Of a stretch of DNA of 64,000 nucleotides, positions 39,880 to 50,154 are shown piece after piece. Source of the stretch: Hyphomicrobiales bacterium (lineage in GTDB: Bacteria > Pseudomonadota > Alphaproteobacteria > Rhizobiales > Rhizobiaceae). The number at the start of each line of letters is the position of its first letter. Position 1 is the first letter of the stretch. The notes below the pieces were generated by a model. That model did not search any database. It saw only the letters and a list, made by a program, of their open reading frames with translations, and had not been told where the DNA came from. Made by a program: the position numbers and the translations under genes. The DNA lies in NCBI GenBank assembly GCA_002709005.1, contig PAPH01000005.1, positions 29,087 to 93,086 on the forward strand. The letters run 5' to 3'.

Positions 39880-41556
39880 TCACTCCGGCAGCCAGTAGCG
39901 GGCGCCCGGGCCGTTGCGGTCGATGCGCACGAACTGGTTTGCAAAGACCCGGTAGGGCGCGCTCCACTCGCCGTCCGGCCATTGCACGCGGATCTGCGCC
40001 CGTTCGGCCACGCCGAGCCCCACATGAACGAAACCGAGCCGGCCCGACGCATGGCCGCCGCCGACCTCGATCGTGCGCACCCGGGTTTCATTGCCGCTCT
40101 TGACCGAAACGCGCGCGCCGATCGCATCCGGATTGGCGCCCTTCTGCTTGAGCTCGATCTCCAGCCAGTTGCCCATCTGCCGCGGTTTGCCGCCCTTCGG
40201 GTCGCGCCCGCCGGTATTGCGGAACAGGCTCGCCTTTCCGCCGCGATTGACCACCAGAAGATCGAGCATGCCATCATGGTTGAAATCGTCGATCACCGCG
40301 CCGCGCCCCTTGGTGGGACGATCGATCCCGGCGAGATCGCCGGCTTCCACGAAATTTCCGTCGAAGGTGCCGAGCAGCATGTTGTCGGGGTCGAAGGAGG
40401 CGAATTCCGGCATCTGCTCGACATTGCCCTTGGCGATGAAGAGGTCGAGATTGCCGTCGTTGTTGAAGTCGTCGAATTCGGCGTGCCAGCCGGTCGACGG
40501 CCGGATCGCCTCGCCGACATAGGGGCGCTGGGCGGTGGCCCCCTTCTCGAAGGCGATGTCGCGATAGATCGGCCTGCCTTCCTCGGCGTCTTCGTCCAGC
40601 GTCTGCAGCTTGGTGTCGCCCATCGAGGTCAGCGCATATTCAGGATAGCCGTCGGCGTTGAGGTCGGCCTCGGCGATGCCCATGCCCCAGATCGTGACGT
40701 GGCGCCATCCTTCCGACGAGCGATAGAGGCGCGGCGGGCGGTCCGGATCCATGCGCCAGAGCTGTTCCTGGCCGCCGCGGTAATATTGCCGGTCGTTGGT
40801 CATCCTCAGATCGGCCTTGCCGGCGCGGTTCCAGTCGGTGAAAAGCATGGAGAGCGTGCAGTAGCCCGGCGAGAGCGAGGTTCGCTGCGAGTAGTCCGGC
40901 GTCTCGGTGCCGGCTTGGGCGCGGAACAGATCATTGTCGTGGCAGGTGCCCCAGGGCGAGCCCGGCGCAGAACGGTCGACATAATTGCCGAAGGCCAGTG
41001 TGGGGAAGGTGGCGCCTGCCTCGAAGGTCGCGGCGAAGGCGGTGGTCCATTCGCGCCCGCCGTCGTAGGCGAACTGCCGGGAGGCGTTGGTGAAGCTGCA
41101 GCCCGGGCCACCTTTCAGGATCGCGTTGCGGCCGACGCGCAGGACGACGAGATCCTTGTACCCGTCATTGTCGAGATCGATGGGGTATGCGCCCGTGACA
41201 TTGGTCATCACCGTCTCGTCGAGCCCGGTCTCGACCTTCTCGAACTTCAGCGCGCCGCCGGTTTCCGACCGGTTGACGTAGAGCCCCGCCGGGTTCTTGC
41301 CGCCGGCGATGAAGAGATCGGTCTTGCGGTCGCCGTTGCAATCGATCCCGGCGGCGCCGCCGCCGACGAAGAACTCCCACGGCCCCTCGTAGCTGTGGTC
41401 GATGCCGGCCTCGAGCGCCTGCTCGACCATGACGGGCACATCCATCGGAACCTTGCGCTCTTCAGATGCCGCTTCGTCTCCGAGTGACGGCTGGCTCGCT
41501 GCGAGGATCGCAAGGGAGGCGGCGGCGAAAAGTGCGGACCAGCGCGCGCGGATCAT
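39880..41556 (-). CDS. Exported CRTAC1-like protein (FG-GAP repeats + ASPIC/UnbV domain)
   Basis: Signal peptide; repeated DxNxDGxxDL motifs; C-terminal GNWL..AIGARV..GGGHASG..HVGLG..VQWPDG. Confidence 0.85.
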   Translation of the reverse strand: MIRARWSALFAAASLAILAASQPSLGDEAASEERKVPMDVPVMVEQALEAGIDHSYEGPWEFFVGGGAAGIDCNGDRKTDLFIAGGKNPAGLYVNRSETGGALKFEKVETGLDETVMTNVTGAYPIDLDNDGYKDLVVLRVGRNAILKGGPGCSFTNASRQFAYDGGREWTTAFAATFEAGATFPTLAFGNYVDRSAPGSPWGTCHDNDLFRAQAGTETPDYSQRTSLSPGYCTLSMLFTDWNRAGKADLRMTNDRQYYRGGQEQLWRMDPDRPPRLYRSSEGWRHVTIWGMGIAEADLNADGYPEYALTSMGDTKLQTLDEDAEEGRPIYRDIAFEKGATAQRPYVGEAIRPSTGWHAEFDDFNNDGNLDLFIAKGNVEQMPEFASFDPDNMLLGTFDGNFVEAGDLAGIDRPTKGRGAVIDDFNHDGMLDLLVVNRGGKASLFRNTGGRDPKGGKPRQMGNWLEIELKQKGANPDAIGARVSVKSGNETRVRTIEVGGGHASGRLGFVHVGLGVAERAQIRVQWPDGEWSAPYRVFANQFVRIDRNGPGARYWLPE

Positions 41557-42992
41557 CGGCCGACCTCCAGCGTCTTGAGAAAGGCGATCAGGGCGGTGCG
41601 ATCGCTCTCGGGCAGCGCCTCATAGGCCCGCGCCGCTTGCGAGCCTTCCCCGCCATGGGCGCGGATGATTTCGTCGAGCGTCGTCAGATCGCCGCGGTGG
41701 CCATAGGGGGCGGTATCGGCGATGCCCCACAATTCGCCGGTCATGAAGACGTCGCGGTCGACGAAGCGCTGGGCCAGGAGTTCGTTGCCGAGAATGGCGA
41801 CCTTCTGGTCGGCGATGCGATGCCGCTTGAGGTCGCCGAAAAGCGGGACCATGACCTCGCCCTTGTCGTTGCGCTCGAGACGGGCGGCCCAGTCATAAAG
41901 CCCGAGATCGTAAATCGCCACGTCGCCGTCCTCGTCGCCGCGCAGGGTGCCCGCGGCATCGACCGGGCCGGGATCGGCGAATTCGAGCGAGCTCAGCGGC
42001 AGGGCGCGGATATGGCACGACGAGCAACCGATTGTGTCGAAGAGCGCGTCGCCGGTGGCCGATGCCTCGCGCCATCTCTCGTCATCCGGGGTGGCGGCGA
42101 CGGGCGGTTCGAGTGTGGCCTGCCATGCCACCATGGCGGAAACGTCGCCTGGCGAGATTTCGTCGCCCTTGCCGTCCTGGTCGAAATCGATCTCGCCTGT
42201 CCAGCGGGCGCCGAAACGCTCGACAGCCTCCATGCCGTGGTGCTGGTTGAGCGCGTTGACCGTGAACTGCCGGAGCGACGTCATCACCCCCTTCTGGCTG
42301 AAGGGGCGGATGACGAGATCGGTGTCGACACCGTCCAGCCCCGAAAGATCGACCATGCCGTCGGCTTCCACCGTGATCGAGCCGAAGGATACGCCCTTGG
42401 CCTGGAGCGGCAGGGTGACCGTTTCCCCTTTCGCGCGGGCCTGGCGGGCGGCTTCCTCGCGCGTTGCCTGCAGTTCCACCGTCATCTCGCGGGCGAGCAG
42501 CTCGATGAGCCCGGCTCCGAAGAGATGGTTTGTGTTGCGCTCGTTGGAGAATTGCGGGTCGATGGAATCGAAATCCGCGTTGGAGAAGCCTTCGGAGACG
42601 AAGACGTTGGCGACGAAATCGCCGGCCCCGCCGCTGACCGGATCATTGTGGCAGCTTGCGCACGAGGCGGCATCCATGCCGGCCATGCGCTGGAATTCGA
42701 GCCGCGTCTCGCGGCGGCGCTTGGTCGGGATGATCGCCTGCGTCGCCATCGGCCGACCCACACCGTCGAGCGTCGTGAAGCGCGCCTCGAACAGGCGCTC
42801 GCCGATCGCCGTCAGTTCGTCCAGTTTCTCGCGGGTCAGGGTGCCGGAATAGTCGCCACGTTCGAGCGGAGCGGATATGGCCCTCTCGTCCCATGGATCC
42901 GGTGTTGGCGTGTCTTCGCCCATTGCCGCAGAGGGAATGAATACCGCGAGCAGGACCAGCAGAGCGGATGCCAGATCAGCCGAGTTTCGCAT
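41553..42992 (-). CDS. Exported di-heme oxidoreductase (DHOR/peroxidase-like) cytochrome c
   Basis: Signal peptide; two CxxCH motifs (CASCH, CSSCH); LFGAGLIE, LWGIADTAPYGHRG, IRAHGGE. Confidence 0.8.
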   Translation of the reverse strand: MRNSADLASALLVLLAVFIPSAAMGEDTPTPDPWDERAISAPLERGDYSGTLTREKLDELTAIGERLFEARFTTLDGVGRPMATQAIIPTKRRRETRLEFQRMAGMDAASCASCHNDPVSGGAGDFVANVFVSEGFSNADFDSIDPQFSNERNTNHLFGAGLIELLAREMTVELQATREEAARQARAKGETVTLPLQAKGVSFGSITVEADGMVDLSGLDGVDTDLVIRPFSQKGVMTSLRQFTVNALNQHHGMEAVERFGARWTGEIDFDQDGKGDEISPGDVSAMVAWQATLEPPVAATPDDERWREASATGDALFDTIGCSSCHIRALPLSSLEFADPGPVDAAGTLRGDEDGDVAIYDLGLYDWAARLERNDKGEVMVPLFGDLKRHRIADQKVAILGNELLAQRFVDRDVFMTGELWGIADTAPYGHRGDLTTLDEIIRAHGGEGSQAARAYEALPESDRTALIAFLKTLEVGR

Positions 42993-44238
42993 AATCGTCT
43001 CCCGCCGGTTCCTTGTTGAGAATTATCGACCTGTCGAGCGCGGTCAGCCCGGTGACGATGGTGCCGGTCAGCGTCAGTTCGAGGTCGTTTTCGTAGCAGT
43101 GGAATTCGGCATCGTCATAGGCGAGCCCGATTCCCTTCCGCCCCAGCGAGGAGCGGATCATCGGCTCCATCAGGTCGAAGGCAAGCACGCCGGATCCCAC
43201 GAAGGCGATGGGAAAGGGATCGAGCAGCGTGAAGAGATTGCGCAAGCCGTGGCCGATCGCGGCTGCCGCGGACCGGTAGGCTTCGGCCGCCGCCGCATCA
43301 CCCCGTTTCGCCTGCTCGGCGAGCGCCGACATGGTTTCGCGGTCGATATCCCAGTCGGGAACCACTTCCGGGTCACCGCCGGTCGCCTTGCGCCAGATCC
43401 CGTAGTCGCCGGCATAGGCTTCGATGCATCCGTGACGGCCGCAGCGGCAAAGGGCGCCCTTCGGGATGTGGCACATATGGCCGAATTCCGCTGCCGAGGT
43501 GAGGATTCCGTTGAAGGGGCGTCCGTCAAGAACGAGCCCCATGCCGATGCCGTGGGACAAAAGGATCGCGGCATAGGATTGATCATAGACGTGCGGTTCG
43601 CGCGCCTTGAGCGCCGTGGCGATCATGTTGGCATCGTTGGCGATCGACACGGACGTGCCGAAGGCATCGCTGAGATCGTCATCGATCTGCAGGTCGCGGT
43701 GGCTGAGAATCGGCGACCAGTGGACGCGCGTTCCCTTGGCGTCGCTCACACCCTGAACGGTCAGCGCGACGTGACGGAGGGGACCGGCGGAGGAGCCCGC
43801 CTCATCGAGCGCGCGCCTGAGCAGAGCCACGAAGCGGCTGCCGAATTCCTCCCGTGCGAGAGCCAGCGTATCCAGTTTCTCGACGACTTCGAGAATGACA
43901 CTGCCCGAATAATCCACCAGCGCGGCCGAGAGACGGTTGAGCGTAAGTGTGAGTGCACCGATCGTTGCCGCCCTGGGGTTGAGGGCCAATGCCACCTGGG
44001 GCCTGCCGCGCCGTCCGAGCGGGCCGATGTCGCCGCCGTTCGAATTGTCCTTGCGGGGGGCTTCGACCAGATAATCGGCCACGAGGAGCGCACTCGTGAT
44101 CGCCGTCACCGTGGAGGCGCTCAGCCCCGTGGCCGCAGTGAGCTCGGTCCGCGACAAGGGGCTTTCGGCGCGCAATGCGGCCAGTATCCGGCGCTGGTTT
44201 TCGCGACGCAAATCGTCCGAACGGGCGATGAGGGTCAT
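42976..44238 (-). CDS. xylR: ROK family transcriptional regulator (XylR-like)
   Basis: N-terminal HTH (LSRTELTAATGLS), RRGRP, ANDAN, EFGH..CRCGRHGCIE; divergent from xylF. Confidence 0.85.
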   Translation of the reverse strand: MTLIARSDDLRRENQRRILAALRAESPLSRTELTAATGLSASTVTAITSALLVADYLVEAPRKDNSNGGDIGPLGRRGRPQVALALNPRAATIGALTLTLNRLSAALVDYSGSVILEVVEKLDTLALAREEFGSRFVALLRRALDEAGSSAGPLRHVALTVQGVSDAKGTRVHWSPILSHRDLQIDDDLSDAFGTSVSIANDANMIATALKAREPHVYDQSYAAILLSHGIGMGLVLDGRPFNGILTSAAEFGHMCHIPKGALCRCGRHGCIEAYAGDYGIWRKATGGDPEVVPDWDIDRETMSALAEQAKRGDAAAAEAYRSAAAAIGHGLRNLFTLLDPFPIAFVGSGVLAFDLMEPMIRSSLGRKGIGLAYDDAEFHCYENDLELTLTGTIVTGLTALDRSIILNKEPAGDDYAKLG

Positions 44239-44329
44239 GCCACAATTATCCTCCCATGCCCGGCCTTCATTATTGTGGCATTGCAAAAATATGTTGCAGC
44301 GCAATGAGTTAGCCGGTTGAAGATTCATC

Positions 44330-44380
44330 TTGACACAGCTTGGGCGCTGCGTCACTATTTTTTTCGACCCTCGAATTAAT
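44330..44380 (+). promoter_or_regulatory. xylF promoter with overlapping ROK-type operator
   Basis: TTGACA-N17-CACTAT, immediately followed by the AT-flanked dyad ATTTTTTTCGA-CCC-TCGAATTAAT. Confidence 0.55.
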
Positions 44381-44488
44381 GGGTCGCCCGGTGCCGTCTT
44401 TCCGACTTTTAGTCGATGAAGAGGGGAGGCGGGACAATTTTGCACATCATTTAGCGCCCCAACCGTTCGGGCGCATCGGGAGGAAACT

Positions 44489-45520
44489 ATGAAGAAGAGC
44501 ATTCTGGCACTGGCCGGCTTCGCGCTGGCCGTGAGTGTTTCGACCGCGGCGATGGCCGACGGCGAGACAATTGGCGTGTCCTGGTCCAATTTCCAGGAAG
44601 AGCGGTGGAAAACCGACGAGGCGGCCATCAAGTCGGCGCTCGAGGAAATGGGCGCGAACTACGTCTCGACCGACGCGCAGAGCTCGTCGTCCAAGCAGCT
44701 TTCCGACATCGAGAGCCTGATCGCTCAGGGTGTCGATGCGCTCATCATCCTGGCGCAGGACTCCCAGGCTATCGGTCCGGCCGTGCAGTCGGCAGCCGAC
44801 AACGGCATTCCGGTCGTCGGCTATGACCGTCTGATCGAGGACAACCGCGCCTTCTACCTCACCTTCGACAACGTCGAAGTCGGCCGTATGCAGGCCCGCG
44901 CCGTGCTCGAGGCGGCTCCGGAAGGCAACTATGTCATGATCAAGGGCTCGCCCACCGATCCGAACGCCGACTTCCTTCGCGGCGGCCAGCAGGAAGTCCT
45001 GCAGGAGGCCATCGACGCAGGCAAGGTCAAGATCGTTGACGAGGCCTATACCGACGGCTGGCTTCCGGCCAACGCGCAGCGCAACATGGAACAGATCCTG
45101 ACCGCTCAGAACAATGAAGTCGACGCGGTCGTCGCTTCCAACGACGGCACCGCAGGCGGTGTTGTGGCTGCTCTGACCGCACAGGGCATGGAAGGCATCC
45201 CGGTTTCGGGTCAGGACGGCGACCACGCCGCGCTGAACCGTGTCGCCAAGGGCACCCAGACCGTTTCGGTCTGGAAGGACGCGCGCGACCTGGGCAAGGA
45301 AGCCGGCAAGATCGCCGTCGAGATGGCACGCGGCACCGAGATGTCGGGCGTCGACGGCGCAGAACAGTGGACCTCGCCCGCCGGCACCGAGCTGTGGGCG
45401 AAGTTCCTCAAGCCGGTTCCCGTGACCAAGGACAACCTCTCGGCTGTCGTCGATGCGGGCTGGATCAGCAAGGAAGACCTCTGCCAGGGCGTCTCCGGCG
45501 GTCCCGCTCCCTGCAACTAA
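44489..45520 (+). CDS. xylF: D-xylose ABC transporter substrate-binding protein
   Basis: GVSWSNFQEERWKTD, YDRLI, SNDGTAGG, SGQDGD; operon ends in xylA. Confidence 0.9.
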   Translation: MKKSILALAGFALAVSVSTAAMADGETIGVSWSNFQEERWKTDEAAIKSALEEMGANYVSTDAQSSSSKQLSDIESLIAQGVDALIILAQDSQAIGPAVQSAADNGIPVVGYDRLIEDNRAFYLTFDNVEVGRMQARAVLEAAPEGNYVMIKGSPTDPNADFLRGGQQEVLQEAIDAGKVKIVDEAYTDGWLPANAQRNMEQILTAQNNEVDAVVASNDGTAGGVVAALTAQGMEGIPVSGQDGDHAALNRVAKGTQTVSVWKDARDLGKEAGKIAVEMARGTEMSGVDGAEQWTSPAGTELWAKFLKPVPVTKDNLSAVVDAGWISKEDLCQGVSGGPAPCN

Positions 45521-45543
45521 GCTCCGGCTTTTGACCTGAAACT

Positions 45544-45575
45544 GCACCGCGCCGCGCTTCTGCGGCGCGGTGTTT
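45544..45575 (+). terminator. Intra-operon stem-loop after xylF
   Basis: GCACCGCGCCGC-N6-GCGGCGCGGTGT followed by TT. Confidence 0.55.
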
Positions 45576-45612
45576 ATGGGTCCCGCCCCCGACGTAATGA
45601 CGGACTTCTCCG

Positions 45613-46908
45613 ATGACCGACGCTGACACCCCGGCCCGCCCGGCGCCAAAGAAAAACATTTTCGCACAGCTTGAACTGGATACCCGACTGCTCGGCATGA
45701 TCGGCGCCTTCGTCATCCTGTGCCTCGGGTTTCATTTCATCACCGACGGCAGGTTCCTGACGTCACGCAACATATTCAACCTGACGATCCAGACCGTCAG
45801 TGTCGCCATCATGGCGACCGGCATGGTGTTCGTCATCGTCACGCGCAATATCGATCTTTCGGTCGGTTCGCTGCTCGCCACCTGTTCCGCGGTCATGGCG
45901 ATGACGCAGACCTTCATCACGCCCGAGGTTTTCGGGCTTGGTCTCAACCATCCCGCCACCGCCCCCATCGCAATTGCGGTCGGTATCCTGACCGGCGTCG
46001 CGGTCGGCGCCTTCCAGGGCTACATCATCGGCTATCTCGGCGTACCGGCCTTCATCGTCACGCTCGGCGGATTGCTGATCTGGCGCAACGTCGCCTGGTA
46101 CCTGACAAACGGCCAGACGATCGGCCCGCTCGACCGGAATTTCATGGAATTCGGCGGCATCAACGGCACGCTGGGAGAGACCTGGAGCTGGGTCTTCGGC
46201 ATCATAGCCGTGCTCTTCGCCTTTTATTCCCTGTGGCGGAACCGCCGGAACAAGATCGCCCATGAATTCCCGGTCAAGCCGGTCTGGGCGGAGTTCGCGC
46301 TAGGAGCCGTTTCCGCAATCGCCATCCTCGGCTTCGTCGCTATCCTCAACAATTACGACATTCCGAGCCGCCGCCTGAAGCAGATGTTCGCGGCCCGCGG
46401 CGAGGTGATGCCGGAAGGCTTTACCCAGGGCTACGGACTGCCGATTTCGGTTCTCCTGCTGATCGCAGTTGCCGTGGTGATGACCATCGTTGCGCGCCGG
46501 ACCCGGCTGGGCCGCTACATTTTCGCGACCGGCGGCAACCCGGATGCGGCGGAACTTTCGGGCATCAACACGCGGCTGCTGACCGTCAAGGTGTTCGCCA
46601 TCATGGGTGGACTTTGCGGGCTTGCCGCGCTCGTTGCCTCCGCGCGTCTGTCGTTTCATTCCAATGACATCGGTACGCTCGATGAGCTGCGCGTCATCGC
46701 GGCCGCCGTCATCGGCGGCACCGCGCTTGCCGGCGGCATGGGCACGATCTACGGCGCCATCCTCGGCGCGCTGATCATGCAGTCACTGCAGTCCGGCATG
46801 GCAATGGTCGGCGTGGACGCCCCCTTCCAGAACATTGTCGTCGGTGCGGTTCTTGTTCTCGCCGTGCTTGTCGACACCATCTACCGCATGCGTACGGGAG
46901 CGAAATGA
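45613..46908 (+). CDS. xylH: Xylose ABC transporter permease
   Basis: [28 protein letters not shown]. Confidence 0.88.
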   Translation: MTDADTPARPAPKKNIFAQLELDTRLLGMIGAFVILCLGFHFITDGRFLTSRNIFNLTIQTVSVAIMATGMVFVIVTRNIDLSVGSLLATCSAVMAMTQTFITPEVFGLGLNHPATAPIAIAVGILTGVAVGAFQGYIIGYLGVPAFIVTLGGLLIWRNVAWYLTNGQTIGPLDRNFMEFGGINGTLGETWSWVFGIIAVLFAFYSLWRNRRNKIAHEFPVKPVWAEFALGAVSAIAILGFVAILNNYDIPSRRLKQMFAARGEVMPEGFTQGYGLPISVLLLIAVAVVMTIVARRTRLGRYIFATGGNPDAAELSGINTRLLTVKVFAIMGGLCGLAALVASARLSFHSNDIGTLDELRVIAAAVIGGTALAGGMGTIYGAILGALIMQSLQSGMAMVGVDAPFQNIVVGAVLVLAVLVDTIYRMRTGAK

Positions 46909-47696
46909 TGGCTATCGATCGCAATGGAACACCGCTCGTCGAAATGCGCGACATCTCCATCGCATTTGGCGGGGTCAAGGCTGTCGATCACGTCTCCGTC
47001 GATCTCTATCCCGGCGAAGTCGTCGGCCTGCTCGGCCACAACGGGGCCGGCAAGTCCACGCTGATCAAGTGCCTGTCCGGCGCCTATCAGCAGGACAGCG
47101 GCGACATCTATATCAACGGGCAGAAGGTCACGATCAACAACCCCCGTGACGCGCGCCGTCACAACATCGAGACCATCTACCAGACACTGGCGCTGGCCGA
47201 TAACCTCGATGCAGCCTCCAACCTGTTCCTCGGACGCGAGATCGTCGGGCCGACCGGTCTGCTCGACGACAACAAGATGGAAGCCGAGACGCGGCAGGTG
47301 ATGCACCGGCTCAATCCGAACTTCAAGAACTTCAGCTCGGCGGTGTCATCCTACTCGGGCGGTCAGCGGCAGTCCGTCGCCATCGCCCGCGCGGTGTACT
47401 TCAACGCCAGGATCCTCATCATGGATGAGCCGACTGCGGCGCTTGGTCCGCACGAGACGCAGATGGTGGCGGATCTCATTCAGGAACTGAAGCGCGAAGG
47501 CCTCGGCATCTTCCTGATCGATCACGACGTCCATCAGGTCAAACGGCTGTGCGACCGGGCCAATGTGATGAAGAACGGCCAGCTGGTCGGCACCGCCAAT
47601 GTCGAGGATGTGAGCACGGACGATCTCCTCGGCATGATCATCGCCGGCAAGTGTCCTCCCGGTGCCATACCGGGTCCCGGCGCCATCAAGGATTAA
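46905..47696 (+). CDS. xylG: Sugar ABC transporter ATP-binding protein (single domain)
   Basis: [24 protein letters not shown]. Confidence 0.85.
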   Translation: MMAIDRNGTPLVEMRDISIAFGGVKAVDHVSVDLYPGEVVGLLGHNGAGKSTLIKCLSGAYQQDSGDIYINGQKVTINNPRDARRHNIETIYQTLALADNLDAASNLFLGREIVGPTGLLDDNKMEAETRQVMHRLNPNFKNFSSAVSSYSGGQRQSVAIARAVYFNARILIMDEPTAALGPHETQMVADLIQELKREGLGIFLIDHDVHQVKRLCDRANVMKNGQLVGTANVEDVSTDDLLGMIIAGKCPPGAIPGPGAIKD

Positions 47697-47752
47697 AAAA
47701 CGAGGCGGCCTCCGAGGCCGCCCATTCGTCAGTCCATAGGGAAGGAAATCAC

Positions 47753-49063
47753 ATGGGAACCGGCTTTTTCGGCAATATCGACAAAATCCCGTTCAAGGGC
47801 GCGGACTCCACCGACCCGCTCTCCTACCGCTTCTATGACCCCGACGAGGTGGTCATGGGCAAGCGGATGGAGGATCACCTCCGCTTCGCCATTGCCTACT
47901 GGCACTCGTTCGCATGGGAAGGAGGCGACCCGTTCGGCGGCCGGACCTTCGATCGCCCGTGGTATGACGGGGAAATGGACAAGGCGAAGCTGAAGGCCGA
48001 CGTCGCTTTCGAAATGTTCAGCCTTCTCGGCTCGCCCTTCTACTGCTTCCACGATGCCGACGTGCGGCCCGAGGGAAAGACCTTCGCCGAGAGCACGAAG
48101 AACCTCAACGAGATCGTGGACTACCTTGCGAAGAAGCAGGAGGAAACCGGCGTCAAGCTCCTGTGGGGTACCGCCAACCTGTTCTCCCATCGCCGTTTCA
48201 TGAGCGGCGCGTCGACCAATCCGGATCCGGACGTGTTCGCCTATTCGGCGGCGACGATCAAGACCTGCATGGATGCCACCATGAAGCTCGGCGGGCAGAA
48301 CTACGTGCTCTGGGGCGGGCGTGAAGGCTATGAGACGTTGCTCAACACCGACATGAGTCGCGAGTTGGACCAGATGGCGCGCATGCTGCACATGGTCGTC
48401 GACTACAAGCACAAGATCGGCTTCAAGGGCGCGATCCTCGTCGAGCCCAAGCCGCAGGAGCCCACCAAGCATCAGTACGACTATGATGTCGCCACGGTCT
48501 ACGGCTTCCTCAAGAAGTGCGGCCTCGAGAACGAGGTTCAGATGAACATCGAGCAGGGGCACGCCATTCTTGCCGGCCACACGTTCGAACATGAACTGGC
48601 GCTTGCCCGCTCCCTCGGCATCTTCGGTTCGATCGACATGAACCGCAACGACTACCAGTCAGGCTGGGATACCGACCAGTTCCCCAACAACGTCCCGGAA
48701 ATGGCGCTCGCCTATTACCAGGTGCTCCTGGCCGGCGGCTTCACCACGGGCGGCACCAATTTCGACGCCAAGCTGCGCCGCCAGTCGATCGATCCGGAAG
48801 ATCTCCTGATCGGCCATATCGGCGGCATGGATTGCTGCGCGCGCGGTCTGAAGGCCGCCGCGAAGATGATCGAGGACGGGGCGCTGCAGAAGCCGCTCGA
48901 CGAGCGCTATGCCGACTGGAACGGCGCCGAGGCCCAGAAGATGCTCAAGGGCGAGTATTCGCTGGACGAGATCGCCGAGAGGGTGGAGCGGGAGAACATC
49001 AATCCCGAGCCGCGCTCCGGTCGTCAGGAGTATCTCGAGAACATCGTCAATCGCTACGTCTGA
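47753..49063 (+). CDS. xylA: Xylose isomerase
   Basis: [32 protein letters not shown]. Confidence 0.96.
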   Translation: MGTGFFGNIDKIPFKGADSTDPLSYRFYDPDEVVMGKRMEDHLRFAIAYWHSFAWEGGDPFGGRTFDRPWYDGEMDKAKLKADVAFEMFSLLGSPFYCFHDADVRPEGKTFAESTKNLNEIVDYLAKKQEETGVKLLWGTANLFSHRRFMSGASTNPDPDVFAYSAATIKTCMDATMKLGGQNYVLWGGREGYETLLNTDMSRELDQMARMLHMVVDYKHKIGFKGAILVEPKPQEPTKHQYDYDVATVYGFLKKCGLENEVQMNIEQGHAILAGHTFEHELALARSLGIFGSIDMNRNDYQSGWDTDQFPNNVPEMALAYYQVLLAGGFTTGGTNFDAKLRRQSIDPEDLLIGHIGGMDCCARGLKAAAKMIEDGALQKPLDERYADWNGAEAQKMLKGEYSLDEIAERVERENINPEPRSGRQEYLENIVNRYV

Positions 49064-49085
49064 GCGTTTGGTGAGCACGAGAATG

Positions 49086-49115
49086 AAAAAAGCCGGGCAT
49101 CAGCCCGGCTTTTTT
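49086..49115. terminator. Bidirectional intrinsic terminator between xylA and the precursor genes
   Basis: AAAAAA-GCCGGGC-ATCA-GCCCGGC-TTTTTT. Confidence 0.85.
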
Positions 49116-49163
49116 CGTCTGGTCGTTTGGCCGGCCTGGAGCGGGTCAAACCGGATAAGGCCA

Positions 49164-49283
49164 TCAGGGGGGCGGAGTCGAGCCCGACGGACCCGGAAGG
49201 GCCGCAATCGCCTGGAGGGTGATCTTTGCCTTGTCGAGAGCCGGCTTCCGGTAAGGCATTTTATCCGTTGTGTTTACAGTCAT
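49164..49283 (-). CDS. RiPP precursor A, 39 aa: MTVNTTDKMPYRKPALDKAKITLQAIAA|LPGPSGSTPPP
   Basis: Translated by hand; YxxPxL leader with the same spacing as the three paralogues. Confidence 0.75.
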   Translation of the reverse strand: MTVNTTDKMPYRKPALDKAKITLQAIAALPGPSGSTPPP

Positions 49284-49385
49284 TTTTCAAATTCCGTGCA
49301 AGGATGACGCCGCTGGTTACGTCCTCGGGCGCGCTTCCGACATTGCCTGATTAAACGTGGGCTGGCAATGGATATGGAAGACCGC

Positions 49386-49493
49386 TTAGCGATAGCCCGA
49401 CACCGGCTCGGCCGTGACGCTCTGCAGGGTCAGCTCCGCCTTGCGAAGCTCGGGCTTGCTGTAGGATGCCTTGGGTTTGCTGTTGGAATGCAT
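49386..49493 (-). CDS. RiPP precursor B, 35 aa: MHSNSKPKASYSKPELRKAELTLQSVTA|EPVSGYR
   Basis: AAGGA RBS; YxxPxL motif; Thr at -2 of the predicted cleavage site. Confidence 0.82.
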   Translation of the reverse strand: MHSNSKPKASYSKPELRKAELTLQSVTAEPVSGYR

Positions 49494-49515
49494 GTCTGTT
49501 TCCTTTCAAGTGGGT

Positions 49516-49547
49516 AAAAAGAGGCGCGCTCATTTGCTTGAGCGCCT
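49516..49547 (-). terminator. Terminator-like hairpin between precursors C and B
   Basis: Minus strand: AGGCGCTCA-AGCAAA-TGAGCGCGCCT-C-TTTTT. Confidence 0.5.
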
Positions 49548-49557
49548 AAGCGTTGAC

Positions 49558-49668
49558 CTATTTCGGTTCCAGGCTCGGCGTGCTGAGAGCAATGATACCC
49601 TGCAACGAGATCGTGGTCTTGCGAACGGTCGGTGTCACGTAACGTGACTTTCCGGTAGCGGTATTCAT
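49558..49668 (-). CDS. RiPP precursor C, 36 aa: MNTATGKSRYVTPTVRKTTISLQGIIA|LSTPSLEPK
   Basis: GGGGGA upstream; YxxPxVRK..LQ leader. Confidence 0.75.
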   Translation of the reverse strand: MNTATGKSRYVTPTVRKTTISLQGIIALSTPSLEPK

Positions 49669-50154
49669 GATGAATTCAATTCCCCCTGAAGGCCTTCAGG
49701 CCCGAGCCGCTGTGCAATGCAAGCCGGGTCCGTCCGGACAAATCTTACGCAAACGGCATCCGCGCGTATACGGCGGAATCAATAACGGAGTTCTGGATGA
49801 CCAGCAAGAAAATACGGGTGAAAAATCATTGAATTTACCGATTCGAATGCATCGAAGTCCGCGTGTAGCCGACTGTCGCGGGCAGCGAAGATGAAGCGGT
49901 CGGACACCACCCTTTTCGGGACACCGACCAACTCAGTAAATGCGAAAGGCATTATATAAAAATGCACAAAAGCGTTATACAAAATTCTTCAAACTATAAA
50001 AAAATACCCCTGATAACTTGCGTGTTAAAACTTACGTGTTTATCAGTCGGTTGGAAGCTCGGCGAATCGTCGGGCTTTTCAAGCTCGATGCCCGAGGCCG
50101 TCTCGCGGCCAGAGGATAGGCTTGGTAACCATCTGACTTTTAACGGGGGATTTT

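Noticed and set aside
49351-49533. 60-aa minus-strand ORF in the track
   Set aside because: It overlaps precursor B in another frame. B has a proper RBS and the leader motif shared with three paralogues.
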